From assembly GCA_037445065.1 (NCBI GenBank), contig JBBILD010000005.1, positions 64,001-128,000 of the forward strand: a stretch of 64,000 nt of DNA, in the 5' to 3' direction. How positions within the stretch are numbered: position 1 is the first letter of the stretch; each line of letters begins with the position of its first letter. The notes below the pieces were generated by a model, which was given only the letters and a program-made list of their open reading frames with translations, had not been told where the DNA came from and did not search any database. The stretch is from Myxococcales bacterium (GTDB lineage Bacteria > Desulfobacterota > Binatia > HRBIN30). This document shows positions 55,381-63,667 of the stretch, one piece after another. The translations under genes were made by a program, and so were the position numbers.

Positions 55381-56129
55381 GCTTGGTCCTGACACCCTTA
55401 GCTGGCCTTCCTTCGATCGAACGCGGGGCGCCGCTGGCCGCACTCCTCTGGGAGGCCCTCCAGCGCGCGGGTGTGGGCCTGGTCACCGGGGACATTGTCG
55501 TCGTTTGCCAGAAGGTGGTCTCCAAAGCCGAGGGACGCGTAGCGCAACTGGCCGGGGTCGAACCATCGGCCCTGGCCGTTCACTTCGCCGAGCAATGGCC
55601 TGGCAAAGATCCACGCCTCGTCGAACTTGTACTCCGCAACACCCGACGCGTGGTCCGGATGGATCGGGGTCACTTGATCGTAGAAACGGGCCCCGGGTGG
55701 GTTTGTGCCAACGCCGGCATTGACGAATCGAACGCGAACTGCCCGGGCGAGGTCGTGCTCTTACCAGAAGACCCAGATCGCTCTGCGGCCAGCTTACGCG
55801 AGTTTCTCGAGGCCCAAAGTCAGGCGCGGATCGCGGTGCTGGTTACGGATACTTGGGGCCGCCCGTGGCGCGAAGGAATCCTCGACTTCGCCATCGGCCT
55901 TTCCGGTATGGAGGCGCTGCTCGACTTGCGTGGCAGCAAGGACCTGCGAGGGCGCGAGCTCCAGCACACGATTTACGCTCAGGCGGACGCCTTGGCCGCC
56001 GCGGCCGGCCTTCTGATGCGGAAAGATAACGGCGTGCCGGCAGTCCATATCCGCGGGTACTCCTTCGCCCCGGCGTCTGGGTCGGCCCGCACCCTCATTC
56101 GCGACCCGCAGTCCGACCTGTTCCGTTAA
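55377..56129 (+). CDS. cofE: F420-0:gamma-glutamyl ligase CofE (stand-alone, no nitroreductase domain)
   Basis: QKVVSKAEGR, VCANAGIDESN, LLPEDPDRSA, DTWGRPWREG and DLFR end; ATGA overlap with cofD. Confidence 0.93.
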   Translation: MSLVLTPLAGLPSIERGAPLAALLWEALQRAGVGLVTGDIVVVCQKVVSKAEGRVAQLAGVEPSALAVHFAEQWPGKDPRLVELVLRNTRRVVRMDRGHLIVETGPGWVCANAGIDESNANCPGEVVLLPEDPDRSAASLREFLEAQSQARIAVLVTDTWGRPWREGILDFAIGLSGMEALLDLRGSKDLRGRELQHTIYAQADALAAAAGLLMRKDNGVPAVHIRGYSFAPASGSARTLIRDPQSDLFR

Positions 56130-56134
56130 GCCCC

Positions 56135-56151
56135 GCGACCAGTGAGGTCGC
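56135..56151 (+). terminator. Short hairpin directly after cofE
   Basis: GCGACC-AGTGA-GGTCGC; no strong U-tract. Confidence 0.35.
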
Positions 56152-56625
56152 CTATGTGCGCTGTCGGCGACCGGTGGCTACGAGCGGCCTGCGGAGGCGA
56201 AGCTGCGGGCAAACCAGACAACCCCCCCGACGATCATCCATTCCAGCCGAAGACGGGAACCCGTACGCGTGCAGACAACAGGAGCAAGTGCTCGCCAGCG
56301 CACAAGCGGAGCCGCGCGCCCCGACGGTCGCTCTGGCGCGCCAGCAAGACGCACGGTCCCGTTAATGGCGCTGGCGAACGCAACGCCCGTTAGATGACCG
56401 AAGACGCCGAGCAGCGGCGCAACGCCGCTCGCGCTACGGGCACGATCCGAATGTTCCCAACGTCCGAGCCAATGCTCGCCGGCCAATGGGAGAGATTGCC
56501 CGAGGTCGCACTCGTGCTCATCGCGCCAGAAGCACCCCTCGCCCAGCGCGTTGTCGGTTCTTACCTGCCTCCCCCAAAACGCACCACTTGACATTGTCAC
56601 CAACGGCGGGCGTGAGACGACCGGA

Positions 56626-58161
56626 TCACACGGTCTGCGGAAACCACCTTCCTCGCGCGGCCACGATGGATGCCGCGGTTCGATCCGCCAGCGCGGCGGT
56701 GGTGATTTGTGGCGGCGCCCCGAGCGAAGATGGGAACACGCTCATGTCGGCCACGAACAAGTTCTCGAACCCGTGGACGCGACCGTTCGAATCAACCACT
56801 GCCCAGCTTGGGTCCTCTCCCATCCGCAAGGTTCCCTGCGGATGGGTCGAGGCCAGCGGGATCTCTCCTTGCCGGCAGCCACGCGCCTCGATCACGCTCA
56901 GGTCGGAGCCCGGGCGCAAACGCAGAGGGGCCTCGAAGTACGGAACCAACACTTCCCGCGCACCGCTGGCGAACAAGATCTCCGCACAGTGCCGCATTCC
57001 CTCGGCCATCAGACGCTCCTCTTCAGGTCTCAACCGGTAGGAAATCAGCGGCCTCCCCTTCCGATCCACACGCACTCCGCCCTCCGACTGGTCATGCAGC
57101 AACACGAGGATCCCGACCATCCGGTGGTAGGAACGCATGATCTCCGCATGGGCACGCCCAAAGCCCGGAAGTTGCGAAGCCGTAAGCACAGGAAAGCCAA
57201 AGATCGGCATGATCACGTAACCGCTGTCCGGATTGTGTTCGAGATCGATGAACTCATCCACGTAGTAACTCTGCGGGATACCCAGATAGCCGTGGATGTC
57301 CTCGTCGTATAAGCCGGCGAGCAACACGCTCGGGTGTAAGTGAAGGTGCTTGCCGATGTGCCCACCCCGCACGCCACTGCGGAGCAAGATCTGCGGCGAA
57401 TTGATCGCCCCGGCGGAGAGCACAAACAACTCCGACCGCACTGCGAAGCGAGCGCGGGGCCGCCCATACACGTCCACCACTTGGCCCGTAGCCCGCTGTA
57501 CCCGCTCTCCCGCCACTTCCAACTGCTCCACGGCGCAGTTGGCAAAGATGCGCGCACCTGCGCGGTCCGCTGCCGGAATGTACGTGAGCGCCATGCTCTG
57601 TTTGGCGTCAAACGGGCACCCGAGGATGCAAAAGCCGCTGCCCACGCAGTTTTGCCGATTGTGCTGGGCGACCACACCGTGATAGCCGAGCTTCTCGCAC
57701 CCCTCGCGGATCTTCCGGTTCAGGGTGTTCACCTGCGCTTCCGGAATCGGCTGTACTTTGAGCATGGTCTCCACCCGCTCAAAGGAGGGAACGAGATCGT
57801 CGTATCGCCAGCCGATACGCGCCTCTCTCCGCCACTTTTCCACGATCGGGGGCGGCGTGCGAAAGCAGTAACAAAGGTTGTGCACGGTCGAGCCGCCGAC
57901 GTTCTTCCCTTGCAGAATGACGACGGACTGGTCTTCGGTAGCGCGCTGGCCCATCTCCTCGAAGAGAAGCGGCATCATTTCTTCCTCGCGCTGCGTAAAA
58001 TCTTCTTTTGTGTAATACCCTCCCTGCTCGAGGACGACCACATCGAGGCCAGCTTCTGCCAGCTCTTTGCCCACCACCGCGCCGCCAGCACCAGAGCCAA
58101 TGACGCAGACCTGGCTGCGCAACTCCAGATCCGACTCGATGTCGCGGAGGGTACGGATCAT
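56626..58161 (-). CDS. GMC family FAD oxidoreductase
   Basis: VIGSGAGG, LEQGG, VGGSTVHN, CVGSGFCILGC, SAGAINSP, HPQGT and NLFVADMSVFP motifs. ATG 58161 overlaps the upstream stop (ATGA). Confidence 0.92.
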   Translation of the reverse strand: MIRTLRDIESDLELRSQVCVIGSGAGGAVVGKELAEAGLDVVVLEQGGYYTKEDFTQREEEMMPLLFEEMGQRATEDQSVVILQGKNVGGSTVHNLCYCFRTPPPIVEKWRREARIGWRYDDLVPSFERVETMLKVQPIPEAQVNTLNRKIREGCEKLGYHGVVAQHNRQNCVGSGFCILGCPFDAKQSMALTYIPAADRAGARIFANCAVEQLEVAGERVQRATGQVVDVYGRPRARFAVRSELFVLSAGAINSPQILLRSGVRGGHIGKHLHLHPSVLLAGLYDEDIHGYLGIPQSYYVDEFIDLEHNPDSGYVIMPIFGFPVLTASQLPGFGRAHAEIMRSYHRMVGILVLLHDQSEGGVRVDRKGRPLISYRLRPEEERLMAEGMRHCAEILFASGAREVLVPYFEAPLRLRPGSDLSVIEARGCRQGEIPLASTHPQGTLRMGEDPSWAVVDSNGRVHGFENLFVADMSVFPSSLGAPPQITTAALADRTAASIVAARGRWFPQTV

Positions 58162-58715
58162 GACACAGTCACCAACCGCGGCGACTTCGGCGGCCGCGGC
58201 ACCCACGGGCCGCGATATCCGATCGCGGCCCACGTTGCTTCCTGCGAGTAGTACCCGAGCGCGCTCAAGTTCTTCAGTGCACGGAAACCGAGCCGCGCCC
58301 AGCCCATCCGGCTCCGCTCCCACGCTTGCAGCAGGCGGTCTTGCCCATTCGCGTCGAGCGCGGTGAATCGCTGCAATCGCCACAGCATCCACGGGGGACT
58401 CCACTCGAATACCCGCAGCAACCACCGGAACTGCGTGCGCTGAACATCATCCGCAAAGGCAAGCACCCAGTCCACGGTTTCCACCGCGGCTGTTTCCCCG
58501 ACGGGTGGCAACGTCGTCTCGTCTCCACGCATCATTCGCTTGATCACGGCACGAAGAATGTTGGCTTCCTTCTCACTCAGTACGTGCAAGGTCCCCCTAG
58601 CCCCGAGGGCCGGGGCCGCCCCAAGCAAGGGCGGCCGAAGCCGGCTCAGCGCTAGCAGCCCCGCTGACACAGCGAGGTATTGCAAGAACGTACGCCGGGT
58701 GACCTCGGACATCAT
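58158..58715 (-). CDS. Tat-signal protein, gluconate-2-dehydrogenase subunit 3-like partner of the GMC enzyme
   Basis: MSEVTRRTFLQ twin-arginine motif; RFTAL and LGYYS...WAAIGYRGP motifs. Confidence 0.8.
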   Translation of the reverse strand: MMSEVTRRTFLQYLAVSAGLLALSRLRPPLLGAAPALGARGTLHVLSEKEANILRAVIKRMMRGDETTLPPVGETAAVETVDWVLAFADDVQRTQFRWLLRVFEWSPPWMLWRLQRFTALDANGQDRLLQAWERSRMGWARLGFRALKNLSALGYYSQEATWAAIGYRGPWVPRPPKSPRLVTVS

Positions 58716-58759
58716 CCACCTTGCTATCACGCAGGCACAAGAACCGCGAGCGTCTCGGC

Positions 58760-59899
58760 TCACCTAGGCGCCCGTGCGCTCAGCTCAATCGTCGGGCAGT
58801 GAAAGAAGCGATGGAACTCCCTGGGCAGTTCTCGGTAATCGGGGAGAGGGCCGAGACGTTCTTCGGGGCGAACCTTCGAGAACGTATGCCAAAACAACAC
58901 AGGCCCTTTCGCGGACTCGGCCTCGAGTGTCGCGATCATGCCATGGACGCACTTGGCCGTATAGGTGGCGTCCAACCACACCCCCTCGGTACCAGCGAAC
59001 CGTTGCCGCCAAGCTTCCGCGGGCGGCGAGGGCCATCCGTAACCTCGCCCCTGGAATCCATGTACAACGCGGAGGTGGAGCGAGGGGGGCACTTTAGGCA
59101 AATGTGCACCCCGGCTCCGCAACCAACGCCACGCCGCACCCGCCATGCGGATCAGCCGCGCCTCGCTCGGCGGGAAAATGTCCGTCACAAGGACCGCTCG
59201 TACTTCCGTCGGCAAACCCGCAAGAGCAAGCCCAAGGGCCAACCCGGCCGCGGTGCCGCCGCTGCCGAGAGCGACGTATACGGAACGCGGGCAAGGGCAT
59301 TCCCCTCGGTGCACCTGCGCCGCAAATTCGAGCGCTGCGTTCACAAAGGCCACGGTGCCCGCGGGAGCGCTGCCACCCGTCGGAATCACCGCGGGTGCCT
59401 GGCCTGTTGCGGCCTCCTTCGCGTACAACCACACGGCCCGCGCCGCCAGGCTGCTCACCGTGCGCCCGTAAAACAGGCGAGCCCCAGCCGCATGGAGACA
59501 GAGGAGGTTGTCTCGCACTGCCGCGGTGAGTGGTTGGTCGAGCAACCCGACCCAACATGCCAAGCCAAGCTTCCGTGAAAACAGTGCGGTGGCCAGCCCA
59601 TGGTGCGTGCCCAGACCACCGAAGGTCAGCACGGCCCGCCGCCCGCGCGCTTTGGCTTCTGCCAGCAAAAACTCGAGCTTGCGTGGTTTGTTTCCCCCGT
59701 ATTCCGGCGAACTCTCGTCGTCGCGTTTGATCCACACTTCGCTGCGGACCGCATCGCTCACGCTCTGCCAGACGTGAACCCGCGTGGGTAGCTGGGTCAA
59801 ACGAATCCGAGCGATCCGGCCTCCCAGTTCCGGATACCATCGCTCCAGCTCACTGGTCTGCTCCACGCTCGCAACAGCTTCCTCGGGCCTGCTCAACAT
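58760..59899 (-). CDS. PLP-dependent D-cysteine desulfhydrase/ACC-deaminase-family enzyme
   Basis: WIKRDD, YGGNKPRKLEFLL, IPTGGS, ALGSGGT, LDATYTAK and FWHT motifs. Start is ATG 59899 or GTG 59866; the ORF-track extension to 60538 is antisense to the exbB-like gene. Confidence 0.88.
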   Translation of the reverse strand: MLSRPEEAVASVEQTSELERWYPELGGRIARIRLTQLPTRVHVWQSVSDAVRSEVWIKRDDESSPEYGGNKPRKLEFLLAEAKARGRRAVLTFGGLGTHHGLATALFSRKLGLACWVGLLDQPLTAAVRDNLLCLHAAGARLFYGRTVSSLAARAVWLYAKEAATGQAPAVIPTGGSAPAGTVAFVNAALEFAAQVHRGECPCPRSVYVALGSGGTAAGLALGLALAGLPTEVRAVLVTDIFPPSEARLIRMAGAAWRWLRSRGAHLPKVPPSLHLRVVHGFQGRGYGWPSPPAEAWRQRFAGTEGVWLDATYTAKCVHGMIATLEAESAKGPVLFWHTFSKVRPEERLGPLPDYRELPREFHRFFHCPTIELSARAPR

Positions 59900-59992
59900 T
59901 GCACTCGCTGCGCTACCACGAAGCGCACGGAGCTGCGAGCTTCTGGCGACGTTTCCGTTGCCGGGTCCACCACCCTCCGCTAACCAAGCCCC

Positions 59993-60652
59993 GTGCTTCC
60001 GGCCCGCGACGTATGGACCCTTATGGAAAGCGGGGGCCTTGCCATGTACCCGCTTCTGCTGTGCTCGGTGGCGAGCCTGGGGATCGTGCTCGAACGAGCT
60101 TGGGTGATTACACGCGCCGCATGGGCAGGTCGGCGATTGCATCGAGCGGTGTGCGAAGCCCTTTCGGACGGTGCAACCAGCGAGGCGTTCGCGATGATTC
60201 GCCGAGACTCTTCTTTGCTCGGTCCCGTGTACCGGACGCTCATAAGCCCTGCGGACCCTGCCGAAGAGCATCGCGCCCGCTACGCCGAGCAACGCCACGC
60301 GGCCGCCGTGCGCGAACTCAAGCGCCACCTTTGGCTGGTCGGGACCATCGGTAGCCTTGCCCCCTTTGTTGGGCTCTTTGGTACTGTGTTGGGGATCGTA
60401 CGCGCTTTCGAAAATATGGCGGCAACCGGCTCGGGTGGCTTTGCCGTCGTGGCTGCGGGCATCTCCGAAGCTCTGGTGGCAACCGCTGCGGGATTGCTGA
60501 TCGGAGTGGTCTCTATCTTCTTTTACAACGCCTTCCAAGTGCGTATCACGAATTTGGCAGCAGAGTGGCGCGAGTACGTGTCAGAAATTTCCGCAAAACT
60601 GCCAGACACTCAGATTCGAGAAGGAGGGACTCGTGTCGCTCAAGTCCGTTGA
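59993..60652 (+). CDS. MotA/TolQ/ExbB proton channel protein
   Basis: GGLAMYPL, LVGTIGSLAPFVGLFGTVLGI and GISEALVATAAGL motifs. Confidence 0.92.
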   Translation: MLPARDVWTLMESGGLAMYPLLLCSVASLGIVLERAWVITRAAWAGRRLHRAVCEALSDGATSEAFAMIRRDSSLLGPVYRTLISPADPAEEHRARYAEQRHAAAVRELKRHLWLVGTIGSLAPFVGLFGTVLGIVRAFENMAATGSGGFAVVAAGISEALVATAAGLLIGVVSIFFYNAFQVRITNLAAEWREYVSEISAKLPDTQIREGGTRVAQVR

Positions 60653-61064
60653 TCGTGAAGCGGATGCAGACGACATCGTGGCCGAAATTAACGTCACTCC
60701 GCTGACCGACATCTTCCTGGTACTACTGATCATTTTCATGGTTACCAGCACAGCTCTGGTCCAGCAGGGTACCAATGTTCAGTTACCTCGTGCGGGGCAA
60801 GGGCAAGAAAGTGCGACCGGAGTCACGGTCACGGCCACGGCCGACGAGCGGGTGCTGGTCGAGGGACGGCCCGTACCGTTCGACCGTCTCGAGCCAGAAC
60901 TTCGCGAGGCGCTTGCCAAGGCGGGGCAGAAATCCGTTGTGCTTCAAGGGGATCGCTCCCTGGTTTTGGAGCGTGCAGTGCAAATAATGACTGTTTCGCG
61001 CCGCGCAGGGGCGGAGCGGCTTTCGATCGCCACCGTCCCCGAACCCGCGCGCGCCAAACCGTAA
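60633..61064 (+). CDS. ExbD/TolR family protein
   Basis: EINVTPLTDIFLVLLIIFMVT, VQLP and LQGDR motifs. Confidence 0.92.
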   Translation: MSLKSVDREADADDIVAEINVTPLTDIFLVLLIIFMVTSTALVQQGTNVQLPRAGQGQESATGVTVTATADERVLVEGRPVPFDRLEPELREALAKAGQKSVVLQGDRSLVLERAVQIMTVSRRAGAERLSIATVPEPARAKP

Positions 61065-61071
61065 ACGAACG

Positions 61072-62607
61072 ATGGTGCACCCCGGGGAACACGAAACCGC
61101 ACGGCAAGAAAGCCGCTCGCTGCGCGCACTCAAAGACGCTTTGCGCTCGGCGCGGCCGCTGATTTACCTGCGTTCGGCCGAGGAGCATCGAATTCACAAC
61201 TTGTTACGTCAGGCTGCTTCCAGCACGTTTCCCGAGCCTCTACGCGTGTTCGTATGGTCACTCACCGAGGGACTTCGCGACGAGGAGGGAAAGGAGGTGG
61301 TGGAAGGATCCGCACAACCGCTTCGCTGCCTCGACGCAGTCGCCGCTGGACGCGAACCCGCCATTTACCTTCTCAAGGACTTCCACGAGCCGATGGGTAG
61401 CAAGCCGCTCGTGCGCCGCCGCTTGCGCGATCTTTATGAATCCTGCTTCGATGCACGCAAATTCCTGGTGATCAGCTCCCCGCTTCAGGTCATCCCGCCC
61501 GAACTCGAGCGCAACATCCTTTTGCTGGAACTCGGGCTTCCTGACCTGTCCGAGCTGAGCGATTTCGTGCGCTCCGAGATGGCCCGTGCAAGCCAGGGAG
61601 CGGCGAGCGAAGCGGTGCAAGAAGACGTGGTCCTGCAGCTCGCCCGCGCTTTGCAAGGCCTCACCATGGACGAGGCGCGGCACGCCGTGCGCCGGGCGCT
61701 GGCAAATTTTGGAACGTTGGGGCCGCACTGCCTGCCCGCGCTGCTGGAAGAAAAGCGGCTGCTCGTGAACCGAACCGGGCTGGTCCAATACGTGGCGGAG
61801 GGAACCAGTCTCGACCACGTGGGTGGCCTCGAGATTTTGAAGCGCTGGTTGCTGGAGCGGCGCAAACTCTTCCAAATGCGCGACCAGTTGAGCGCGGACA
61901 TCGTGCCCAAAGGAGTCCTGATCATGGGCATCTCGGGGTGCGGCAAGAGCCTCTCCGTCAAGGCGATCGCTTCTACCTTCGAGCTGCCACTGTACCGAAT
62001 CGACATGACGGAGATTTTTTCCGGTAAGCATGGCCCGGCGGAAAGCGCTTTTGCGGAGGCATGCAAAATCCTCGAACAGATCGCTCCCGCTGTCTGCTGG
62101 TTCGATGAAGTCGAGATGGCGGTCACCTCCTCGGAAACCGCCGGAGAACAAGGGCGGCTGTTCGCCTTCTTTCTCACGTGGATGCAAGAAAAAGCGCGCG
62201 GTTTGTTCGTCGCTGCGACCGCCAACCGCATTGACTTGCTGCCGGCGGAGATGATCCGCAAAGGGCGCTTCGATGAGGTGTTTTTCGTCGATCTGCCGAG
62301 CGACGATGAACGCGTGGAGATTTTCCGCATCCACCTCCAACGCCGTGGCGTGGACCCCAACCGCTTCCAGCTCGAACGGCTCAAACGCTTCACCAAGGGG
62401 TGGACCGGCGCCGAGTGCGAGCAATGCGTGGTCTCTGCACTCACCACCGCCAAGCTGGAAGAACGAGAGTTGACAGACGACGATCTGCTCAACGCCACTG
62501 CGGGCATTGTGCCGCTATCCAAAACCATGAAGGAGCAGGTGGACCACATCCGAGAATGGGCGCACGAGCGTGCCGTGCGCGCGTCGCCGCGGGAAGTGGT
62601 GCGCTGA
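61072..62607 (+). CDS. Ycf46-type AAA+ ATPase
   Basis: EEHR, VWSLTEG, LKDFH, VGGLEILKRWL, PKGVLIMGISGCGKS, WFDEVE, ATANRIDLLPAEMIRKGRFDEVFFVDLP and IREWA..RAVRAS motifs. Confidence 0.88.
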   Translation: MVHPGEHETARQESRSLRALKDALRSARPLIYLRSAEEHRIHNLLRQAASSTFPEPLRVFVWSLTEGLRDEEGKEVVEGSAQPLRCLDAVAAGREPAIYLLKDFHEPMGSKPLVRRRLRDLYESCFDARKFLVISSPLQVIPPELERNILLLELGLPDLSELSDFVRSEMARASQGAASEAVQEDVVLQLARALQGLTMDEARHAVRRALANFGTLGPHCLPALLEEKRLLVNRTGLVQYVAEGTSLDHVGGLEILKRWLLERRKLFQMRDQLSADIVPKGVLIMGISGCGKSLSVKAIASTFELPLYRIDMTEIFSGKHGPAESAFAEACKILEQIAPAVCWFDEVEMAVTSSETAGEQGRLFAFFLTWMQEKARGLFVAATANRIDLLPAEMIRKGRFDEVFFVDLPSDDERVEIFRIHLQRRGVDPNRFQLERLKRFTKGWTGAECEQCVVSALTTAKLEERELTDDDLLNATAGIVPLSKTMKEQVDHIREWAHERAVRASPREVVR

Positions 62608-62635
62608 CTCTTACTCCTCGAGCGCCCTGGCGCGG

Positions 62636-62665
62636 TTGCTTTTTCACCGAACTGCGGCATAAGCT
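62636..62665 (+). promoter_or_regulatory. Putative sigma70 promoter giving a leaderless XRE transcript
   Basis: TTGCTT-18 nt-TAAGCT ending 6 nt before ATG 62672; no RBS upstream. Confidence 0.45.
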
Positions 62666-62671
62666 CGCTCG

Positions 62672-63034
62672 ATGCCGCGCACCAAAAAGCCTTCAACCGT
62701 TGCAGGTATTGGAGATTACATCCGCCGCCAACGCGAACTCGCCAACCTCTCGTTGCGGAAACTCGCCGAGCAAAGCGGCATTTCCGCCGCCGTCCTACGC
62801 GAAATCGAAGCCGGCTTGCGCAACCCCAGCCGGGCGATTTTGCAGTCGATCGCGGGTGTGCTGCGCCTGTCCGCAGAGACGCTCCAGTTGCAAGCGGGCA
62901 TCATTGACCCGCGTGCTCCAGAGGACTCGGACGTGGCGCGCGAGATTCGCCGTGACCCCTACCTCACCGACCGGCAACGAGACATCTTGATCGAAGTGTA
63001 CAAAGCTTTCCGCGCCGCAAACCAGGCTCGCTAA
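62672..63034 (+). CDS. XRE-family HTH transcriptional regulator (Rv0474-like)
   Basis: IGDYIRRQRELANLSLRKLAEQSGIS...IEAGLRNPS...IAGVLRLSAETL...AGI...IRRDPYLTDRQRDILIEVYKAF. Confidence 0.88.
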   Translation: MPRTKKPSTVAGIGDYIRRQRELANLSLRKLAEQSGISAAVLREIEAGLRNPSRAILQSIAGVLRLSAETLQLQAGIIDPRAPEDSDVAREIRRDPYLTDRQRDILIEVYKAFRAANQAR

Positions 63035-63132
63035 CCAACGGAGGCACCCGGAAGGGTACTTACAAAACGGTTCCTTCTTGACCCCGTGCCCTCGCATCCG
63101 CATGAGCAAGCACCCAGAAAGGAGGTGCTTCG

Positions 63133-63633
63133 ATGGGCAAAAGAGTCTTGGGTCTCTTGGTCATTCCAATGGTTTTGGTTGCGGGTTGGCTGTGGCCTGC
63201 CGGGGCAAAGGACACCGAGAAGGTCCCCTTCCCGAAGGGCTGGCGAGGGTGGACACACGTGAAGACGATGGCCATCACTTCCGACCAACACCCTCTCTTC
63301 AACGCCTTCGGCGGCGTGCACCACATCTATGTGAACCCGACTGGGCTCAAGGCCGCCAAGAACGGGGGGCCGTATCCGGACGGCTCGGTGCTCGTCTTCG
63401 ACCTGTTGGAGTGGACCGAAAGCGGCGGTGCGTACACAGAAGGAGCGCGTAAACTAATCGGGGTCATGCACAAGGACTCGAAAAAATTCTCTGCCACCGG
63501 AGGGTGGGGATTCGAGGGGTTCAAGTCGGGTGATCCCAAGGAGCGCCTGGTCACGGACGCCACCAATCAATGTTACAACTGCCACACGGCGCAGAAGGAT
63601 CACGATTTCGTCTTCTCGCGCTATCGTGAGTGA
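63133..63633 (+). CDS. Cytochrome P460-family heme c protein (probably cytochrome c'-beta type)
   Basis: Signal peptide, FPKGWRGW, HHIYVN, YPDGSVLVFD, TGGWGF, C-terminal CYNCH and DFVFS; RBS AAGGAGG. Confidence 0.88.
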   Translation: MGKRVLGLLVIPMVLVAGWLWPAGAKDTEKVPFPKGWRGWTHVKTMAITSDQHPLFNAFGGVHHIYVNPTGLKAAKNGGPYPDGSVLVFDLLEWTESGGAYTEGARKLIGVMHKDSKKFSATGGWGFEGFKSGDPKERLVTDATNQCYNCHTAQKDHDFVFSRYRE

Positions 63634-63667
63634 GGGACGACCCAGATCGAACGACACCAGCCGTTCT

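Noticed and set aside
56178..56603. 141-aa minus-strand ORF in the cofE-GMC gap
   Set aside because: No recognisable motif or RBS and atypical composition, so it is not supported as a gene.
58760..59899. ACC deaminase (acdS) call
   Set aside because: The diagnostic Glu and Leu positions are both Thr, which fits D-cysteine desulfhydrase-like members.
61258..62696. Long minus-strand ORFs (388 and 403 aa)
   Set aside because: Antisense shadows of the AAA ATPase gene, expected in GC-rich DNA; no motifs. The same applies to 13-483, 9953-10906, 13721-14695, 53289-54125 and similar ORFs.
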